Assembly (NCBI GenBank): GCA_947632325.1
Contig: CANROU010000004.1
Span: 16,307 to 80,306, forward strand
Direction of reading: 5' to 3'
Source of the DNA: an uncultured Bacilli bacterium
Lineage (GTDB): Bacteria; Bacillota_I; Bacilli_A; RF39; UBA660
DNA: 64,000 nt
Below, one piece after another: positions 27,083 through 36,649 of the stretch; positions within the stretch are counted from its first letter, which is position 1, and the number at the start of each line of letters is the position of its first letter. The position numbers were made by a program, and so were the translations under genes. Below the pieces are notes generated by a model that had not been told where the DNA came from, made no database searches, and worked only from the letters and a program-made list of their open reading frames with translations.

Positions 27083-30000
27083 TAAGGAAGGTTGTAATAT
27101 CTTAGTAAGCGCTGGTGCTGGTAGTGGGAAGACCGCTGTCTTAACAGAAAGAGTATTAACTAAATTAAAAGAAGGAATACATATTAATCAACTATTAATT
27201 TTAACATTTACTAATAATGCTGCCTATGAAATGCAACAGAGAATAAGAAAGGCTATAACTAAAGCTAATTTAACAGAAGAACTTAATTTATTAGATAGTG
27301 CTTATATAAATACTTTTGATAGTCTAGCTTTATCAATTGTAAGAAAATACCACACTTTACTTAATATTACGCCTGATGTTAGTATTTGTGAAAGTACTGT
27401 ATTAGAACTTGAAAAAAAGCGTATTTTAGATAATATATTAAATAAATATTATGAAAAACCTACGGCTTTATTTAAAAAATTAATTTATGATTTTTGCCTA
27501 AAAGATGATGAAACCTTAAAAAAAGATCTTTTAACTATCAATAAGCAACTTGATATGCGTTATGATAAATCTACTTATCTATCTAATTATCTAAATATCT
27601 TTTTTAATGAGGAATTTATAATTAAAAATATCAAATATTATGAACTATTATTACAAAATAAAATAAAAGATGTTAAAACACTAATGTCATTATTGAAAAG
27701 GGAAGTTGATAGCGAATATTATGAACGAAATATACCATTATTACAACCATTATTTATAAGTCATAATTATAGTGATATTAAAAATAATTGTGAATATCAA
27801 TTATCTAGAATAACTAGTAAAACAGAAATATCCATTTATGGTAAAGAGCTTAAAGAAAAAATTAATAAATTATTAATTCAACTAAAAGAATTATGTAACT
27901 ATTCTTCTATTGAAGAAATTAAAGAACAAATTTTATCTACTCATGATCATATAACCATGATAATCATGATTTTAAAAGAATTAGATGATGAAATTAATAC
28001 TTATAAAAAGCAACATGATTTATATGAATTTACGGATATCAATAAATTAGCTATTACTCTTTTACAAGACAATCCATCTATTAGGCAAGAATTAAAAGAG
28101 CAATTTACAGAAATATTAATTGATGAATATCAAGATACCAATGATCTTCAAGAATATTTTATTTCATTAATTTCTAATAATAATGTTTATATGGTTGGTG
28201 ATATAAAGCAATCAATTTATCGTTTTCGAAATGCGAATCCTTACTTATTTAAAGAAAAGTATGATGAATATAAAAATAATAATGGTGGCATTAAAATTGA
28301 TTTAAACAAAAATTTTCGTTCTCAGCCATATGTAATAGAGGATATTAATTTAATTTTTAATTATATTATGGATGACATATATGGTGGCGCTAATTATAAA
28401 ATAGAACATCAAATGAGTTGTGGTAACCCTAAATATCTTAATACTTCTAATAATCATGAACATTTAACTATCTATAATTATTTGCCTAATATGAAACAAT
28501 TTCGAAAAGAAGAATATGAAGCCTTTATTATTGCTAGAGATATTAAAGAAAAAATTGATAAACAATATATGATTTTAGATAGTAATACAAACCAATTAAG
28601 ACCGTTACAGTATGATGATATAACTATTTTATTAGATCGCGCTGGTAATTTTTCTGTTTATCAAGCTATTTTTGATTATTTTAAAATACCACTTATTGTT
28701 TATAAAGATGAAAACATCGCTACATCACAAGAATTGCATTTACTAAGAAATATCCTAGAATTAGTTATTTCCGTATATCAAAACAAAAGAACACCTCATT
28801 TCCTACAAGCTTATATGGCCTTAGGACGAAGCTTTTTAATAAATTATACTGATAGTAAGTTATATGATATTATAAAAAATCAAACGTTTGAAAATGATCC
28901 ATTATATCAAAAAATACAAACTCTAGCTCAGGCTCTACCTCATTTAACATGTAATACTTTACTTACAAGTATTCTAGATATCTTTAATTATGATGAATGT
29001 TTAATAAAGATTGGCAATATAGATAATGCTCTTATTGAAATGTCATATTTTAAGAAATTAAGTAAAGATTTAGATAAATTAGGTTATAGTGTCATAGATT
29101 TCTTAAATTATCTCCAATTATTGGAAGAAAATGGTTTAGAGTTAACTTCTAAATTTAAATCAACTATAGATAATGGATGTAAATTAATGACCATTCACAA
29201 ATCCAAAGGATTGGAATTTAAAATATGTTATTACGCTGGTTTAGCTAGTAAATTTAATTTACAAGAATTAAATGATAAAATAATGTATGATAAAGATTAT
29301 GGTGTAGTGGTGCCTATTATTACTGATCAAATGACTGACAGCATATATAAAACTTTATTAAAAGAACGTTATTATGTAGAAGAGATAAGTGAAAAGATTA
29401 GATTGTTTTATGTTGCCTTAACTAGATGTATGGAAAAAATGATTATCGTAACGCCATTAGGAGAAGATCATAGTTTAATTATTAATAATGAAATACCTTC
29501 TAGTAGTAAAAAGCAATATCGTAGTTTTTTAGATATTTTAAAAAGTGTTCATAGCATTTTACAACCCTATATTATTGATATAGCAGAAGAAAAAATAAAA
29601 CTAAGTAAAGATTATTTATATTCATCAATAACATCTAACAAATTAGATACATTAATAGATAAAGAGACATTGATTGTTAATGAGCATGAATTACCTATAG
29701 AAAAAATAAACAAACATTATTCTAAAAAACAAACTAAACTATTATCTCATAAAGAATCTAAAATGATTCATATAGGAACTAAAATACATCAGTTATTAGA
29801 GGTAATTGATTTTAATCATCCTAACTTAACTACTATGAATATTGATCCATTTACAGAAGTTTGCCTTAATCGTCTTTTAAATCAACCTTTAATTTCTTCC
29901 ATTCATAATAAAAAATATTATCATGAATATGCTTTTAACTATCAAAAGGATAATATTAGGTATCACGGCATCATCGATCTATTAATTGAAAGAGATGATC

Positions 30001-30161
30001 GTATGATCATTATTGATTATAAATTACAAAATATAAATGATAATAGCTATATTTTACAATTAAAAGGCTATCAACAAGCTATAGAATCTTTATTTAATAA
30101 GCCAACTGATATTTATCTTTATTCTATTTTGAATAATATAATGAAAAAAATTAATTCTTAA
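27045..30161 (+). CDS. addA: Helicase-nuclease complex subunit A (AddA/RexA, UvrD-like helicase with C-terminal nuclease)
   Basis: Walker A GAGSGKT, DEYQDT, and a C-terminal IIDYKL nuclease motif. The ATG at 27045 lies 9 nt after GGAGGTG and overlaps the addB end. Confidence 0.92.
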   Translation: MMKWTPEQLLAINKEGCNILVSAGAGSGKTAVLTERVLTKLKEGIHINQLLILTFTNNAAYEMQQRIRKAITKANLTEELNLLDSAYINTFDSLALSIVRKYHTLLNITPDVSICESTVLELEKKRILDNILNKYYEKPTALFKKLIYDFCLKDDETLKKDLLTINKQLDMRYDKSTYLSNYLNIFFNEEFIIKNIKYYELLLQNKIKDVKTLMSLLKREVDSEYYERNIPLLQPLFISHNYSDIKNNCEYQLSRITSKTEISIYGKELKEKINKLLIQLKELCNYSSIEEIKEQILSTHDHITMIIMILKELDDEINTYKKQHDLYEFTDINKLAITLLQDNPSIRQELKEQFTEILIDEYQDTNDLQEYFISLISNNNVYMVGDIKQSIYRFRNANPYLFKEKYDEYKNNNGGIKIDLNKNFRSQPYVIEDINLIFNYIMDDIYGGANYKIEHQMSCGNPKYLNTSNNHEHLTIYNYLPNMKQFRKEEYEAFIIARDIKEKIDKQYMILDSNTNQLRPLQYDDITILLDRAGNFSVYQAIFDYFKIPLIVYKDENIATSQELHLLRNILELVISVYQNKRTPHFLQAYMALGRSFLINYTDSKLYDIIKNQTFENDPLYQKIQTLAQALPHLTCNTLLTSILDIFNYDECLIKIGNIDNALIEMSYFKKLSKDLDKLGYSVIDFLNYLQLLEENGLELTSKFKSTIDNGCKLMTIHKSKGLEFKICYYAGLASKFNLQELNDKIMYDKDYGVVVPIITDQMTDSIYKTLLKERYYVEEISEKIRLFYVALTRCMEKMIIVTPLGEDHSLIINNEIPSSSKKQYRSFLDILKSVHSILQPYIIDIAEEKIKLSKDYLYSSITSNKLDTLIDKETLIVNEHELPIEKINKHYSKKQTKLLSHKESKMIHIGTKIHQLLEVIDFNHPNLTTMNIDPFTEVCLNRLLNQPLISSIHNKKYYHEYAFNYQKDNIRYHGIIDLLIERDDRMIIIDYKLQNINDNSYILQLKGYQQAIESLFNKPTDIYLYSILNNIMKKINS

Positions 30162-30241
30162 ATACCGTCATCATATTTTCAATTTAATTTTTCTATGATA
30201 TGATATAATGTGATGATAGGTACTGTAAATGAGGTGAAAAG

Positions 30242-31861
30242 ATGGATCCTATTTATATAATTGGTCATAAAAAGCCAGATACTGATGCTGTGGTGTCAGC
30301 TATAGCTTTAGCATATTTAAAACAACAACTTAATATCAATTGTGAAGCTCGTATATTAGGAAATATTAATACTGAAACAAAATTTGTTTTAAATTATTTT
30401 AAAGTGCCTGAACCACGATATTTAAATGATGTAAAATTACAAATAAAAGATATTAATTATTATAAAGGTTACTATTTAAAAATTACTGATAGCCTTTATG
30501 ATGCTTATCAATATATGCTTAAAAAAGAAATTACTGGTTTACCTTTAGTTAAAGATAATCAGCAATTCTGTGGCTTAATTACTATTAAAAATATTTTAAG
30601 TGAGATTATGAGAGATAATAATACGATTGTCACTTCACTAGCTAATTTACAAAAAGTACTACAAGCCAAAAACATTACAACCACAAAAAAAGATATTTTA
30701 GCTAATAAGTTATTGCTAGAAGTTAGTTTATCTAATATTTCACCAGATTGTATTAAAGAAAAAGATCAAATGATCATTATTGATAAATATAACACCACTA
30801 ATATTGAAACTTGGCCAAAGAAAACTAAGGTTATCTTATTTACTTCTAACCAAAAAATCACTGATGAAATCAAAAATTATGCTGCCAAAAATAATATTTA
30901 TCTGTTAAAGACGCCATATAGTTTAGATAAAGTAATAAAACTACTACCTATGGTTAATAATCTAGAAATATTATTAAAAAAAGCTCGAATGATTAAACTT
31001 GATCAAACGGATTATGTGGATGATTTTATCGAATGTATAAATAGATATCATCATACTAATTATCCTGTATTAAATAAAAATAATGAGTGTTTAGGTTTAC
31101 TTCGTAATATTAATATTAACGATAAAATTCCTAAAAAAGTTATCTTGGTTGATCATAATGATCAAAAACAAAGTGTTGATGGTATTTTAGAAGCGGAAAT
31201 AGTAGAGGTAATTGATCATCATAATATCGGTAATCTAACCACACCATATCCTATGAATTTTCGTAACATGTTGGTTGGTAGTACATCTACCATTATTTAT
31301 CAATTATTTATGGAAAATAATATTAGCATACCATATAAAATAGCTGGCTTATTATTATCAGGTATCCTATCAGATACTTTAATACTAAAATCACCAACAA
31401 CCACCAATCAAGATAGGGAAGCTAGTTTAAATTTAGCTAAAATAGTCAATTTAGATATTAATAATTATGGTTTAAAGATGTTAAAAGCCGGAAGTTCTAT
31501 TAAGAATAAAACTATTGAACAAATTATTTATAATGATTTTAAAATCTTTACTATTAATAATAAAACTATTGCTATTGGACAAATATTTACTATGAATCAT
31601 AAAGAAATATTATCCCGTATTAATGAATATATTACGTCATTAAACCAAATCGCTATTAGTAACAATTACTATTTTGTAGCGCTCTTTGTTACAGATATTA
31701 TAAAAAATGGTTCCTACATATTATATAGTGATAAAGCTTTAGATATATTACAACAAAGTTTTTCTCTTTCTAAAATACATGAAGGATATTATTTAGATAA
31801 TATCATATCACGCAAAAAACAAATTATTCCTCCTTTGATGAATGTTATGGATCGAAGATAA
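30242..31861 (+). CDS. ppaC: CBS-domain-containing family II (Mn-dependent) inorganic pyrophosphatase
   Basis: DHH N-terminus IIGHKKPDTDAVVSAIALAYLK, then VDHND and DHHNIG motifs, an internal CBS-pair insert and a DHHA2 C-terminus. Length is about 540 aa. Confidence 0.85.
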   Translation: MDPIYIIGHKKPDTDAVVSAIALAYLKQQLNINCEARILGNINTETKFVLNYFKVPEPRYLNDVKLQIKDINYYKGYYLKITDSLYDAYQYMLKKEITGLPLVKDNQQFCGLITIKNILSEIMRDNNTIVTSLANLQKVLQAKNITTTKKDILANKLLLEVSLSNISPDCIKEKDQMIIIDKYNTTNIETWPKKTKVILFTSNQKITDEIKNYAAKNNIYLLKTPYSLDKVIKLLPMVNNLEILLKKARMIKLDQTDYVDDFIECINRYHHTNYPVLNKNNECLGLLRNININDKIPKKVILVDHNDQKQSVDGILEAEIVEVIDHHNIGNLTTPYPMNFRNMLVGSTSTIIYQLFMENNISIPYKIAGLLLSGILSDTLILKSPTTTNQDREASLNLAKIVNLDINNYGLKMLKAGSSIKNKTIEQIIYNDFKIFTINNKTIAIGQIFTMNHKEILSRINEYITSLNQIAISNNYYFVALFVTDIIKNGSYILYSDKALDILQQSFSLSKIHEGYYLDNIISRKKQIIPPLMNVMDRR

Positions 31862-31916
31862 AAGAATTAATTAATACATGTTATAATAAATATATAATAA
31901 GAAAATGAGGTGCTTT

Positions 31917-32756
31917 ATGAAAGAAAAATTATTATTAGTTATTAAAGGAATGATTATTGGAGTAGCTAATATTATTCCTGGGGTTAGTGGTGGTACATTA
32001 GCTATTACCTTAGGCATTTATGAACGGTTGATAAAAATTATTAGCAATTTAAAAAAGGAATTAAAAAAGAATTTATCTTTTATCATACCATTAGGATTAG
32101 GGGCTGTTATGGCTGTCTTAATATTAAGTAAAATTATTGATTTTACTTTAGAAAAATATCCATTACCAACGTTTTTATTCTTTATTGGTTTAATAATAGG
32201 TGGTATCCCTTTGCTTTATAAAAAAATTCAACATAAGAAAAAAGATATTAGCAATATGATTGTTTTCTTAATTACCTTTGGTATTGTTTTACTTATGGCT
32301 TTAGGAGGACACAGCAACAATGTAGTTGATTTTGCTAACGCGGGTGTTTTTATTTATCCTGCTTTGTTCTTAGTGGGTTCCATAGCGGCCGCTACAATGA
32401 TTATTCCTGGAGTTAGTGGTTCTTTTGTCTTAATGTTATTAGGTTTTTATAAACCTATTATCAATACAATTAGTAATTTAGTTAGTTTAAATAATGTAAT
32501 AGCCAATATTTTATTATTAATTCCATTTGGTTTAGGTATTATTATAGGTATAGTAGTAGTTGCTAAATTAATTGAATTTTTACTAAAAAAATATGAAGTA
32601 AAAACTTATTATGGTATTTTAGGTTTCGTTTTTGCCTCTATTTTTACCTTATCAAAGCCCTTATTTGCTTTGCCTATTACAACTGTAGAAGTTATTATTG
32701 GTCTTATTTTATTAATCACTGGTGGCATTATAGCTTATAAATTAGGAGGCAAGTAA
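31917..32756 (+). CDS. DUF368 family membrane protein (PopT-type undecaprenyl-phosphate translocase family)
   Basis: Duplicated signature IIPGVSGGTLAI and IIPGVSGSFVLM. About 8 TM helices. Confidence 0.8.
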   Translation: MKEKLLLVIKGMIIGVANIIPGVSGGTLAITLGIYERLIKIISNLKKELKKNLSFIIPLGLGAVMAVLILSKIIDFTLEKYPLPTFLFFIGLIIGGIPLLYKKIQHKKKDISNMIVFLITFGIVLLMALGGHSNNVVDFANAGVFIYPALFLVGSIAAATMIIPGVSGSFVLMLLGFYKPIINTISNLVSLNNVIANILLLIPFGLGIIIGIVVVAKLIEFLLKKYEVKTYYGILGFVFASIFTLSKPLFALPITTVEVIIGLILLITGGIIAYKLGGK

Positions 32757-32760
32757 AATT

Positions 32761-33576
32761 ATGGATATATTAAGTGCTATTATATTGGGTATTACTCAAG
32801 GTGTTGCTGAATTTTTACCTATTTCATCAAGTGCTCATTTAATTATTTATCGTGATGTATTTGGCATTGGTAGTGGGATGAGTACGGATGTAGCTATGTG
32901 TTTTGATATTGCTTTACATTTAGGTACTTTATTAGCAATTCTTATTTATTTTTGTAAAGATTTTATTGAGATTATCAAAAATGGTTTATCGCCTAAAAGT
33001 CATGATAGTAAAGGTAAATTATTATGGTATATAGTGATTGCGACCATTCCTGCCGCTATTTTTGGTGTTTTATTTGAAGATATTATCGAAGAATGGATTC
33101 GTACTAATTATATTTTAATTAGTCTAGCACTAGCGGGTATGGGCATAATTATCTATTTAGTTGATCATTATATGGCCAATAAGGATACCTTATTAAATTT
33201 AACAGCCAAAAAGAGTTTATTAATTGGTTGTAGTCAAGTATTTGCTCTAATTCCAGGTTTTTCACGTAGTGGTACTACTATTGCCGCTGGTAGAGCAATT
33301 GGCTTAAAAAGAGAAGAAGCAGCTAAGTTTTCCTTTTATCTTTCCGCACCTATTGTCTTAGGGGCAGTTTGTCTGCAACTTATAAAAAAGAATACTTTAA
33401 CTATTATAGTTAATCAATTACCAATATTTATAATAGGTATTTTAACTTCCTTTATTATTGGCTTATTATGCATTAGATATTTATTAAAATATTTGAAAAA
33501 TCATGATTTTAAAGTATTTATGTGGTATCGTATTATATTAGCCATTATTGTTATTAGTTATATCTTAGTAAGATAG
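32761..33576 (+). CDS. uppP: Undecaprenyl-diphosphate phosphatase (BacA/UppP)
   Basis: Motifs EFLPISSSAHL and PGFSRSGTTI. Confidence 0.95.
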   Translation: MDILSAIILGITQGVAEFLPISSSAHLIIYRDVFGIGSGMSTDVAMCFDIALHLGTLLAILIYFCKDFIEIIKNGLSPKSHDSKGKLLWYIVIATIPAAIFGVLFEDIIEEWIRTNYILISLALAGMGIIIYLVDHYMANKDTLLNLTAKKSLLIGCSQVFALIPGFSRSGTTIAAGRAIGLKREEAAKFSFYLSAPIVLGAVCLQLIKKNTLTIIVNQLPIFIIGILTSFIIGLLCIRYLLKYLKNHDFKVFMWYRIILAIIVISYILVR

Positions 33577-33578
33577 GG

Positions 33579-34331
33579 GTGATAAAGTTGAACATGGGAT
33601 TAGTAGCTAGTTGTTTGTTAGGATTATTTTTGTTATTGGGTGCAGGTATAAGTTTTATTATCAAAAATAATCGTAGTTTCATCTATTTTGCGCTAGCCTT
33701 CGCCTTAGGTGTCTTGTTGTCATTGATAGTAGTTGACATTTGGCCAGAGGCTTATGAGCAATTAGGTAGAAATCATCCCTTCTATTTTGGGCTTTCTATT
33801 ATAATAGGAGTAGTCTTTCTTAAAATAATGGACCTTTTTATACCTGATCACCACGATAATTTATATGATGATCATCATAATGATGCCAACTTATATCATA
33901 TTGGTTTTATTGCTAGTGTGGCTATTATATTGCATAATACAATAGAGGGTATGACAATTTATTCAGCATTTATAACCTCTAGTTCGATGGCCTTTATGTT
34001 GAGTTTGGGAGTAGGTTTACATAATATCCCATTAGGTATGATTCTCGCTTCAGCTTTTAATGAAAAATATCAAAACAAGAAAAAAACCTGTATTATCATT
34101 GGTGGAATAGCTTTATCGACCTTTTTAGGAGGATTTTTACTTTTTTTATTAGGAGAAAATAGCTTAAATAATTTATTTTTAGGTGTCCTTTTAGCTATTA
34201 CATTAGGTATGTTATTATATATATGCTGTTTTGAATTGTTACCAAAGTTATGGCATAAAAAAAAGTGGCCCATTAAATTATTTGGTTTATTGTTAGGCAT
34301 TTTACTTATTACTTTAACAGCCATTATATAA
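33579..34331 (+). CDS. ZIP family metal transporter (ZupT-like)
   Basis: HNTIEGM and GLHNIPLGM motifs with a His-rich loop (DHHDNLYDDHHND). The start is ambiguous: GTG 33579, TTG 33588 or ATG 33594. Confidence 0.85.
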   Translation: MIKLNMGLVASCLLGLFLLLGAGISFIIKNNRSFIYFALAFALGVLLSLIVVDIWPEAYEQLGRNHPFYFGLSIIIGVVFLKIMDLFIPDHHDNLYDDHHNDANLYHIGFIASVAIILHNTIEGMTIYSAFITSSSMAFMLSLGVGLHNIPLGMILASAFNEKYQNKKKTCIIIGGIALSTFLGGFLLFLLGENSLNNLFLGVLLAITLGMLLYICCFELLPKLWHKKKWPIKLFGLLLGILLITLTAII

Positions 34332-34364
34332 TTTGTTATGCCACCAATACAGGAGTGTGTCAGC

Positions 34365-35546
34365 GTGCGTAAAATATCTATTAAAATATTACTTATATCT
34401 ATATCCATCATAAATTTATTAGGTATATATCATGTGATATTTGATAAAATCAATATATTATCATTCGAACGATTAGATCACGGTCAAATTATTACCAATG
34501 TCCTATCTTGGTCTAAATTAAATAATAAAAATGCTGATAAATATCGTATTACTTTATATGACATAAACAATAATATTATTTTAAAAACAATGAGTGAAAA
34601 TAATACTGTAAATATTGATAATCTAGTCTTAGAAAATAATCAACGTTTCTTTATTGAAGTAGAAGCTACTACTAAAAATGGTAACACCGTTACTTCACAA
34701 CAATATAGCGCTACTTTTAAAAAGCCTCTTAAAAAAGTAGGCCCTATTAAAAGTAGTCGTCAAAGCGGTAAAATATCTGGTCGAAAACAAATTAGTTTAT
34801 CAACCATCACTAAGGGCGCAACTATTTATTATACAACTGATGGATCAACACCAAATAGCTCTAGTCAAAAATATACTGAACCTATTACCATTAATCACAA
34901 TATGATTATTAAAGCTATTGCCTTAAAAGACGGTTTTACTGCTAGTGATGAAGTAACATTTACATATGAATTAATATCTAATAGACCCATTATCTATCTA
35001 AGCCCTTCAACACAAAAGCACAACAAAGGTATTAAAGGATCTGGTTATACTAACGAAAGAGAAATGATGAATAAAATTGCCGATGTGGTAGAAAAGTACT
35101 TAAAAAAGTATAACATAGTTGTCTATCGTAATAGACCAACTATGACATCAACTACTTCGGTACTTGATTCTCAAAAATATGATGTTGATTTACATTTAGC
35201 CATTCATTCCAATGCTAGTCCAGATAATGTTAAGGGTCGCTATCGTGGAATAGAAACATGGGTATGGGATAGTAGTTGTAAAGAATCTATACGTATTGCC
35301 AATATACTACAGAAAGAATTAATGAGTATTTATCCTAATAAGCAATATGATAGAGGGGTTTTATACAGTGTAGAAACCGGTGGACTAAAAGAAACTAATC
35401 CTGACAATGTTAACAATGGTATTCTAATCGAGGTTGGCTTTCATGATAATTGGCAAGATGCTAAATGGATTGTTAATAATATTGAAAAAATTGGACAATC
35501 TATTGCTCAAGGTGTTATTAATAGCTATAAAGAGGAGGAAGTATGA
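34365..35546 (+). CDS. N-acetylmuramoyl-L-alanine amidase (Amidase_3) with an N-terminal anchor and a chitobiase/Fn3-associated domain
   Basis: Amidase_3 motifs DLHLAIHSNAS and GILIEVGFHDN. GATIYYTTDGSTPNSSSQKYTEPI is typical of the chitobiase C-terminal-like module. The GTG at 34365 lies 9 nt after AGGAG. Confidence 0.8.
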   Translation: MRKISIKILLISISIINLLGIYHVIFDKINILSFERLDHGQIITNVLSWSKLNNKNADKYRITLYDINNNIILKTMSENNTVNIDNLVLENNQRFFIEVEATTKNGNTVTSQQYSATFKKPLKKVGPIKSSRQSGKISGRKQISLSTITKGATIYYTTDGSTPNSSSQKYTEPITINHNMIIKAIALKDGFTASDEVTFTYELISNRPIIYLSPSTQKHNKGIKGSGYTNEREMMNKIADVVEKYLKKYNIVVYRNRPTMTSTTSVLDSQKYDVDLHLAIHSNASPDNVKGRYRGIETWVWDSSCKESIRIANILQKELMSIYPNKQYDRGVLYSVETGGLKETNPDNVNNGILIEVGFHDNWQDAKWIVNNIEKIGQSIAQGVINSYKEEEV

Positions 35547-36253
35547 TTTATAGTATTAGTTTTTGGTTTTTATTATTTTTAATATATTCAATAGTAGGAT
35601 GGCTAGTCGAAATGGTTTCTTGCAGTATCCTTGAAAAAAAATGGGTTATAAACAGAGGCTTTTTAATTGGTCCTTATTGCCCAATTTATGGTGTCGCAGC
35701 CTTATTGATGATTTTTCTTTTAAATCGTTATATTAATGATCCCATCGCATTATTTATTATGAGTACAGTTATTTGTAGTGTTATTGAATATATGACGAGC
35801 TATGTAATGCAAAAAATATTTAAAGCTCGTTGGTGGGATTATTCCAAGAAAAAATTCAATTTAAACGGAAGAATATGTTTGACTTATTCAGTGTTCTTTG
35901 GTCTATTAGGGCTTTTAGTTATGTATATTTTAAATCCTTTTTTTAGTAATTTATTAACTAAAATACCAAAGATTATTTTAATAGTAATAGCTACCGTATT
36001 AATGATAATTTTCTTAACTGATCTAATTGTTTCCTTAATAGTTATAAGTATTGTCCGTAAAAATACCATATTAATAGATAAACAAGATAATACAGAGGAA
36101 ATTAGAAAACAAGTAACCAATCATTTAATAAAACATCAATTATTGATTAAACGTTTGTTAAATGCTTTCCCTGATGTTAAAAAATTATTTAAAAAGCATC
36201 CTCTAGAAGAATGGCAACAATTAATAAAACATATTAAAAAGCAAAATCATTAA
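35543..36253 (+). CDS. CmpB-like 'putative ABC-transporter type IV' family membrane protein
   Basis: Signature IVGWLVEMV...NRGFLIGPYCPIYGVAALLM. Multi-TM. Confidence 0.7.
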   Translation: MIYSISFWFLLFLIYSIVGWLVEMVSCSILEKKWVINRGFLIGPYCPIYGVAALLMIFLLNRYINDPIALFIMSTVICSVIEYMTSYVMQKIFKARWWDYSKKKFNLNGRICLTYSVFFGLLGLLVMYILNPFFSNLLTKIPKIILIVIATVLMIIFLTDLIVSLIVISIVRKNTILIDKQDNTEEIRKQVTNHLIKHQLLIKRLLNAFPDVKKLFKKHPLEEWQQLIKHIKKQNH

Positions 36254-36277
36254 GTTAATACTTATGAATTTGCTTTT

Positions 36278-36520
36278 TTAATGAATTTTTTCTTCTTTAA
36301 TATTTTGTTTATTGGTTATGTTACTTATGCCTAGCATATAATCAATACTTACATCATAATATTTAGCTAACTTGATAAGTAATCTAGGGGGAATAGTTCG
36401 ACCATTTTCATAATACGAATAAGTACGTTGCGACACATTTAATATTTTCGCTATTTGTTGTTGTGATAATCCTTTTTCCTCACGAAGACTCTTAAGACGT
36501 ATTAAATAATCTTTATCCAT
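36278..36520 (-). CDS. XRE-family helix-turn-helix transcriptional regulator
   Basis: LSQQQIAKILNVSQRTYSYYENG is a classic Cro/C1 HTH. Confidence 0.85.
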   Translation of the reverse strand: MDKDYLIRLKSLREEKGLSQQQIAKILNVSQRTYSYYENGRTIPPRLLIKLAKYYDVSIDYMLGISNITNKQNIKEEKIH

Positions 36521-36600
36521 ATCACATCACCAATTATATTTTATCCTAGGATAATAAAGGACACCTCGCTTTAGAACGAAATATGCTAGAGAAATTTTCA

Positions 36601-36630
36601 CTTTGACCTCTAATAGTAAATATTGGTATA
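36601..36630 (+). promoter_or_regulatory. Sigma-A promoter for mutS
   Basis: TTGACC, 18-nt spacer, TGgTATAAT (extended -10), about 20 nt upstream of the mutS start. Confidence 0.55.
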
Positions 36631-36649
36631 ATAGTAATTGGTGAGTATT

